Below, one piece after another: positions 25,561 to 29,003 of a stretch of DNA of 29,003 bases. The DNA comes from a virus (Duplodnaviria > Caudoviricetes), in the IMG/VR virus record IMGVR_UViG_3300032225_000841, positions 1 to 29,003 of that record; one strand, 5' to 3'. The notes under the pieces are model-generated. The model was given only the letters and a program-made list of their open reading frames with translations. It did not search any database and had not been told where the DNA came from. A program made the translations under genes and the position numbers. The number at the start of each line of letters is the position of its first letter. Within the stretch, counting starts at the first letter, position 1.

Positions 25561-25944
25561 ATGGCACTAGTCATAAACGATAGAGTACGGGAAACCACAA
25601 CTGTAACAGGTACGGGGTCAGCTACGCTATTGGGTGCGGTTACTGGCTATCAAGCATTTTCGGTTATTGGCAACGGCAATACTACTTACTACACTATTGC
25701 CGATCAAGGCGGACCGAACTGGGAAGTTGGTATTGGTACTTACACTACTGGAACGCTTGCTCGTACTACCGTTTTATCTTCTTCTAACTCTGGCGCATTA
25801 GTTAACTTTACTACTGGGACGAAAGATGTATTTATTACTTATCCTTCAGAAAAAGCAGTTTATTTAGATTCGTCTGGTACTATACAACCGAATTCATTAG
25901 GTACAGCAACATTTCAAAACGGCTTATTTGGTGGGACTTTTTAG
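25561..25944 (+). CDS. tail fibre anchor-like protein
   Basis: DRVRETT..TGTG...WEVGIGTY...GTKDVFITYP; AGGAG RBS. Confidence 0.7.
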   Translation: MALVINDRVRETTTVTGTGSATLLGAVTGYQAFSVIGNGNTTYYTIADQGGPNWEVGIGTYTTGTLARTTVLSSSNSGALVNFTTGTKDVFITYPSEKAVYLDSSGTIQPNSLGTATFQNGLFGGTF

Positions 25945-25952
25945 GAAAAAAT

Positions 25953-26273
25953 ATGGCACGTTTAATTTCTGTAAGCCTAAATAGCGCTACATCTACCGCC
26001 CCCATCCCGCTTAACACAAACATTACGCCAGTTAACATTTCGTTGGCTGTAGAGTTGAGCCCCGGAGCAGTTTTAACATACACTGTTGAGCATACGTACG
26101 ACCCGATTGCGACTACGTCTGATGTGCAAAATCTTGTTTGGTTCCCTTTCCTTTCAAATCAAACGGCAAACAACGATGGATACTATGCTTTTCCAGTGGT
26201 TGCGGTAAGACTACGAATTTCAGCGTACTCATCAGGCACTGCAACATTGCGCATACTTCAGGCGGGGATTTAA
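25953..26273 (+). CDS. virion structural protein (beta-rich)
   Basis: 106 aa, YTVEHTYD...FPVVAVRL. Confidence 0.7.
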   Translation: MARLISVSLNSATSTAPIPLNTNITPVNISLAVELSPGAVLTYTVEHTYDPIATTSDVQNLVWFPFLSNQTANNDGYYAFPVVAVRLRISAYSSGTATLRILQAGI

Positions 26274-26276
26274 ACC

Positions 26277-26555
26277 ATGACGCAACAGTACTTCGCTAAG
26301 ACTTATGGTAAAGTCTATGGAACACCCGCCGGAGTAACAGGGTTTACACTTCTTACTGATGTGTATACTTTTCCAGAACCTGATACTACATGGGTTATAC
26401 AACATAACTTTAATACAGTTAATTTTTTAGTAACTTTGTTTGATAGCAACAACAAACAGTTTTTTGCAAACGCTAAAGCAACGTCAAACAGTGAAATTCA
26501 AATTAATTTAACCAAAGAAGAGACCGGTTACGTAAACGCTGTCTTTATTACGTAA
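26277..26555 (+). CDS. small protein with TWxIxHN domain
   Basis: 92 aa; TWVIQHNFN resembles the C-terminal THTIVHNLN of the 618-aa protein. Confidence 0.7.
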   Translation: MTQQYFAKTYGKVYGTPAGVTGFTLLTDVYTFPEPDTTWVIQHNFNTVNFLVTLFDSNNKQFFANAKATSNSEIQINLTKEETGYVNAVFIT

Positions 26556-26571
26556 AAGTAAGTAGCATTTT

Positions 26572-26778
26572 ATGGAATTTAAGATTACAATACATAAAAG
26601 AGAAATGCACTTCGCGGCATATATAAAAGCCAATGGGGGACAACTAATTGGTTTTAAAGACAATGAGTTTTCATTTAGTAGTAACATACCCGAAGTAGAA
26701 TGGCGAGTAAAGCATGCAAGTTCTGACTCGCTAAGAGTGGATCAAGAATTGCTAGTGTTGAGACGTTTTGTAGTTTAG
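26572..26778 (+). CDS. hypothetical protein (possible small nucleic-acid-binding fold)
   Basis: 68 aa, FAAYIKANGGQLIG. Confidence 0.6.
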   Translation: MEFKITIHKREMHFAAYIKANGGQLIGFKDNEFSFSSNIPEVEWRVKHASSDSLRVDQELLVLRRFVV

Positions 26779-26831
26779 AGAATTTGGGTCGTGTCGAGAT
26801 AACCTTAAACAATTATTTGGAGTAACGACTC

Positions 26832-28688
26832 ATGGCAAATTTTCCAGTATTTCACGGCATTACCCTTGCGGCTAATGCTTATGTCGAGAACTTAAATCTC
26901 GAAATCCTCTCAACAGATCCAACACCGGTTGCAGCTGGTCGTGTTTGGTTTAATTCAGTTGATAAAGTTGTAAAGTATTCAGCACTTAATGGTTCTGGTG
27001 CTGTTGTAGTTAAGACAATCAGCGACGTTGATTCTGCTGCTGCTGCTCTTGAAACTGTTCGTGCTTCTTTAGCTGCTAGCATTACTGCTGAAGCTGCTGC
27101 TCGTACAGCTGGCGACGCTGCTACTTTAGCATCTGCTGGTTCTTACACAGACGCTGCTTTAGTTACAGCCAAGGCTTACACAGACGCTGCTAAAGCTGAA
27201 CTATTAGGTGGTATTCCTCCTGCTTTATTGGACACAATCACTGAATTAGCTGCTGCACTGCAAAACAACCCAGATATCGTTAGCGTTATCGAAGGTATGG
27301 TTAACACAGTTCAAAGCAATTTGACTGCTGAAATCACTCGTGCACAAGCTGCTGAAGCCACAAACGCATCTGCTATTGCTGCTGAAACAACCGCACGTCA
27401 AAACGCTATTTCTTCTGAAGCTACTACTCGTGCTTCTGCTGATACTGCATTAGACACTCGTGTAACAAACTTAGAGAGCCAAACAAACGGTAAAGTTGGT
27501 AGCCTTTCTGACTTAACAACATCTAATAAGTCAACTATTGTTGCAGCTATTAATGAAGTTAAGGCTGATGGTGTAACTAACGCTACTGCTATTTCTTCTG
27601 AAACTAGCCGTGCAACTACTGCCGAAGCTGGTCTGGCATCAGATATTGCTGCTGAAACAACACGTGCTACTACTGCTGAATCAGGTCTGCATTCTGACAT
27701 TACTTCTGAAGCTACTGCCCGTGCAGCTGGTGATACAACTAACGCAAACGCAATTGCTGCAGAAACAACCCGTGCGCAAGCTGCTGAAGCTGGTCTGTCA
27801 TCTGACATCGCTGCTGAAGCAACTGCCCGTGCAGCCGCTGTAACTGCCGAAAAGAACCGTGCTGAAGCTGCTGAAGCAACATTAACAACAGCTATTGCTT
27901 CTGAGGCAACTGCTCGTGCTGCTGCCGTAACTGCAGAAAAGAATCGTGCTGAAGGCGTTGAGGCTACATTATCTTCAAGCATTTCTGCTGAAACAACACG
28001 TGCACAAACTGCTGAAGCTGGTTTAGCAAGCGACATCTCTGCTGAGACTTCTGCTCGTCAATCTGCTATTTCTGCAGAAGCGACTGCTCGTGCTGCTGGT
28101 GATGCTACAAATGCTTCTGCTATCTCTGCAGAGACAACACGTGCTCAAACTGCTGAGGCTGGTCTAGCATCTGATATTTCAGCTGAAGCTTCTGCTCGTA
28201 CTACAGCAATTAACACTGAGAAGACTCGTGCTCAAACTGCAGAAGCTGGTTTGGCAAGTGATATTTCTGCTGAAACTAGCCGTGCTCAAACTGCTGAAGG
28301 TGCATTGTCAACAGCAATTACTGCTGAAACAAACCGTGCTACAGCTGCTGAGACAACACTAACAGCGGCAATTTCTGCTGAAGTTACTCGTGCTCAATCT
28401 GCTGAATCTGCTGAAGCAACTGCTCGTGCCGCTGCTGATACTCAGATTCGTCACGATTACAACGCAACAATCTTCACATTTGAAGCTCAATCAGCTGCAA
28501 CAACACACACTATCGTTCATAACTTGAATGCTAGTTTTGTTGAAATCGCTGTTAAGGTTCAACGTGCTGATGGCTTGTATTACAACGACATCGTGTCTGT
28601 TCAAGAATTTGACGCAAACACAGTTAAAGTATACTTGTCTACAGCCTTGAAGGTTAAAGCAATTGTACGTAACGCAGTAACATTGTAA
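26832..28688 (+). CDS. long coiled-coil fibre protein
   Basis: 618 aa; N-terminal GRVWFN and LDTITELAAAL fibre motifs, Ala/Thr/Glu repeats, C-terminal HNLN domain; GGAG RBS. Confidence 0.85.
   Translation: MANFPVFHGITLAANAYVENLNLEILSTDPTPVAAGRVWFNSVDKVVKYSALNGSGAVVVKTISDVDSAAAALETVRASLAASITAEAAARTAGDAATLASAGSYTDAALVTAKAYTDAAKAELLGGIPPALLDTITELAAALQNNPDIVSVIEGMVNTVQSNLTAEITRAQAAEATNASAIAAETTARQNAISSEATTRASADTALDTRVTNLESQTNGKVGSLSDLTTSNKSTIVAAINEVKADGVTNATAISSETSRATTAEAGLASDIAAETTRATTAESGLHSDITSEATARAAGDTTNANAIAAETTRAQAAEAGLSSDIAAEATARAAAVTAEKNRAEAAEATLTTAIASEATARAAAVTAEKNRAEGVEATLSSSISAETTRAQTAEAGLASDISAETSARQSAISAEATARAAGDATNASAISAETTRAQTAEAGLASDISAEASARTTAINTEKTRAQTAEAGLASDISAETSRAQTAEGALSTAITAETNRATAAETTLTAAISAEVTRAQSAESAEATARAAADTQIRHDYNATIFTFEAQSAATTHTIVHNLNASFVEIAVKVQRADGLYYNDIVSVQEFDANTVKVYLSTALKVKAIVRNAVTL
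27320..28450 (+). repeat. degenerate coding tandem repeats (18-aa AETTRAQTAEAGLASDIS and 11-aa AEATARAAAVT units)
   Basis: Many imperfect copies visible in protein and DNA. Confidence 0.85.
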
Positions 28689-28706
28689 TAAAGAAGTAAT
28701 GTAAGG

Positions 28707-28726
28707 GAGGGGGAGAAATCCCCCTC
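28707..28726 (+). terminator. GC hairpin with GAAA tetraloop
   Basis: GAGGGGGA-GAAA-TCCCCCTC after the fibre gene; U-tract weak. Confidence 0.5.
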
Positions 28727-28733
28727 TACTGGC

Positions 28734-28943
28734 ATGCGAAAGCTACCTAACTTTAATTTTTTATCAATAACGACAATTCCTCAAGCATTAAGTAAAATTG
28801 AGACGCAGGTAAGAAAACTTGCCAATTTTATAGATACAAGTAAAGAATTAAGCGAGGAAGACAAGGCGCAGTTGATTAAAAATATTGACTGGCTTAAACG
28901 TTATTATGAACGTGCAGAGAAGGTGATTGCTGAGCATGAATGA
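28734..28943 (+). CDS. hypothetical protein
   Basis: 69 aa helical ORF. Confidence 0.6.
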   Translation: MRKLPNFNFLSITTIPQALSKIETQVRKLANFIDTSKELSEEDKAQLIKNIDWLKRYYERAEKVIAEHE

Positions 28944-29003
28944 TGCGGAGAGAATTAAAGAGTGGTTATATCGTGTCGGGGACGAAGTAAGCAAGTTAAA
29001 TGC
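28936..29003 (+). CDS. partial hypothetical protein (MNDAERIKEWLYRVGDEVSKLN...)
   Basis: ATG overlapping the end of the previous gene; open to window end. Confidence 0.5.
   Translation, partial: MNDAERIKEWLYRVGDEVSKLN

Noticed and set aside
448-28036. Many shadow ORFs antisense to or out of frame with real genes (e.g. 752-1021, 4952-5248, 15272-15814, 19877-20281, 27398-28036)
   Set aside because: They overlap well-supported genes, lack an RBS and are explained by codon bias of the real frame
27320-28450. Diversity-generating retroelement TR/VR pair or CRISPR array
   Set aside because: Repeats are in-frame coiled-coil units differing largely at synonymous positions, with no adenine-specific pattern; no reverse transcriptase in the window
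1-29003. tRNA/rRNA genes, integrase, transposase, alternative genetic code
   Set aside because: No cloverleaf or such ORFs recognised; genes are intact and tightly packed under the standard code with all three stop codons in use

Overview
Tailed dsDNA phage (Caudoviricetes) segment with a P22-like long portal and an HK97-fold capsid. The host is probably a betaproteobacterium (inferred from weak cues only). Two arms diverge from a control region at about 7980-8830. The left arm (minus strand, 1-7970) holds small early-type genes, a MoxR-like AAA+ / HEXXH-VWA / conserved helical protein trio and a symmetric, iteron-bearing putative replication origin (6850-7165). The right arm (plus strand, 8830-end) holds terS, terL, a 2OG-Fe(II) oxygenase, portal, GroES-like protein, scaffold, capsid proteins, an inverted GNAT+HNH cassette, a cluster of small Lys-rich proteins, and head-tail and tail proteins ending in a 618-aa coiled-coil fibre. 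Four signals stand out, none of them in the ORF track. (1) A ~79-nt sRNA (8746->8668) has its own promoter and terminator, and its loop is antisense to a CAAC-GAAAGGAG ribosome-binding motif shared by many early genes. (2) By manual scan, CCGG and GCWGC are absent from the first ~8.6 kb but abundant in the rest, suggesting a first-injected, restriction-proofed region. (3) A 44-aa amphipathic, phasin-like gene has a PhaR-box-like palindrome over its -35. (4) Two pseudoknot/kissing-loop RNA elements occur at 8573-8660 and 18850-18914. All protein family calls come from motif recognition, not database searches.
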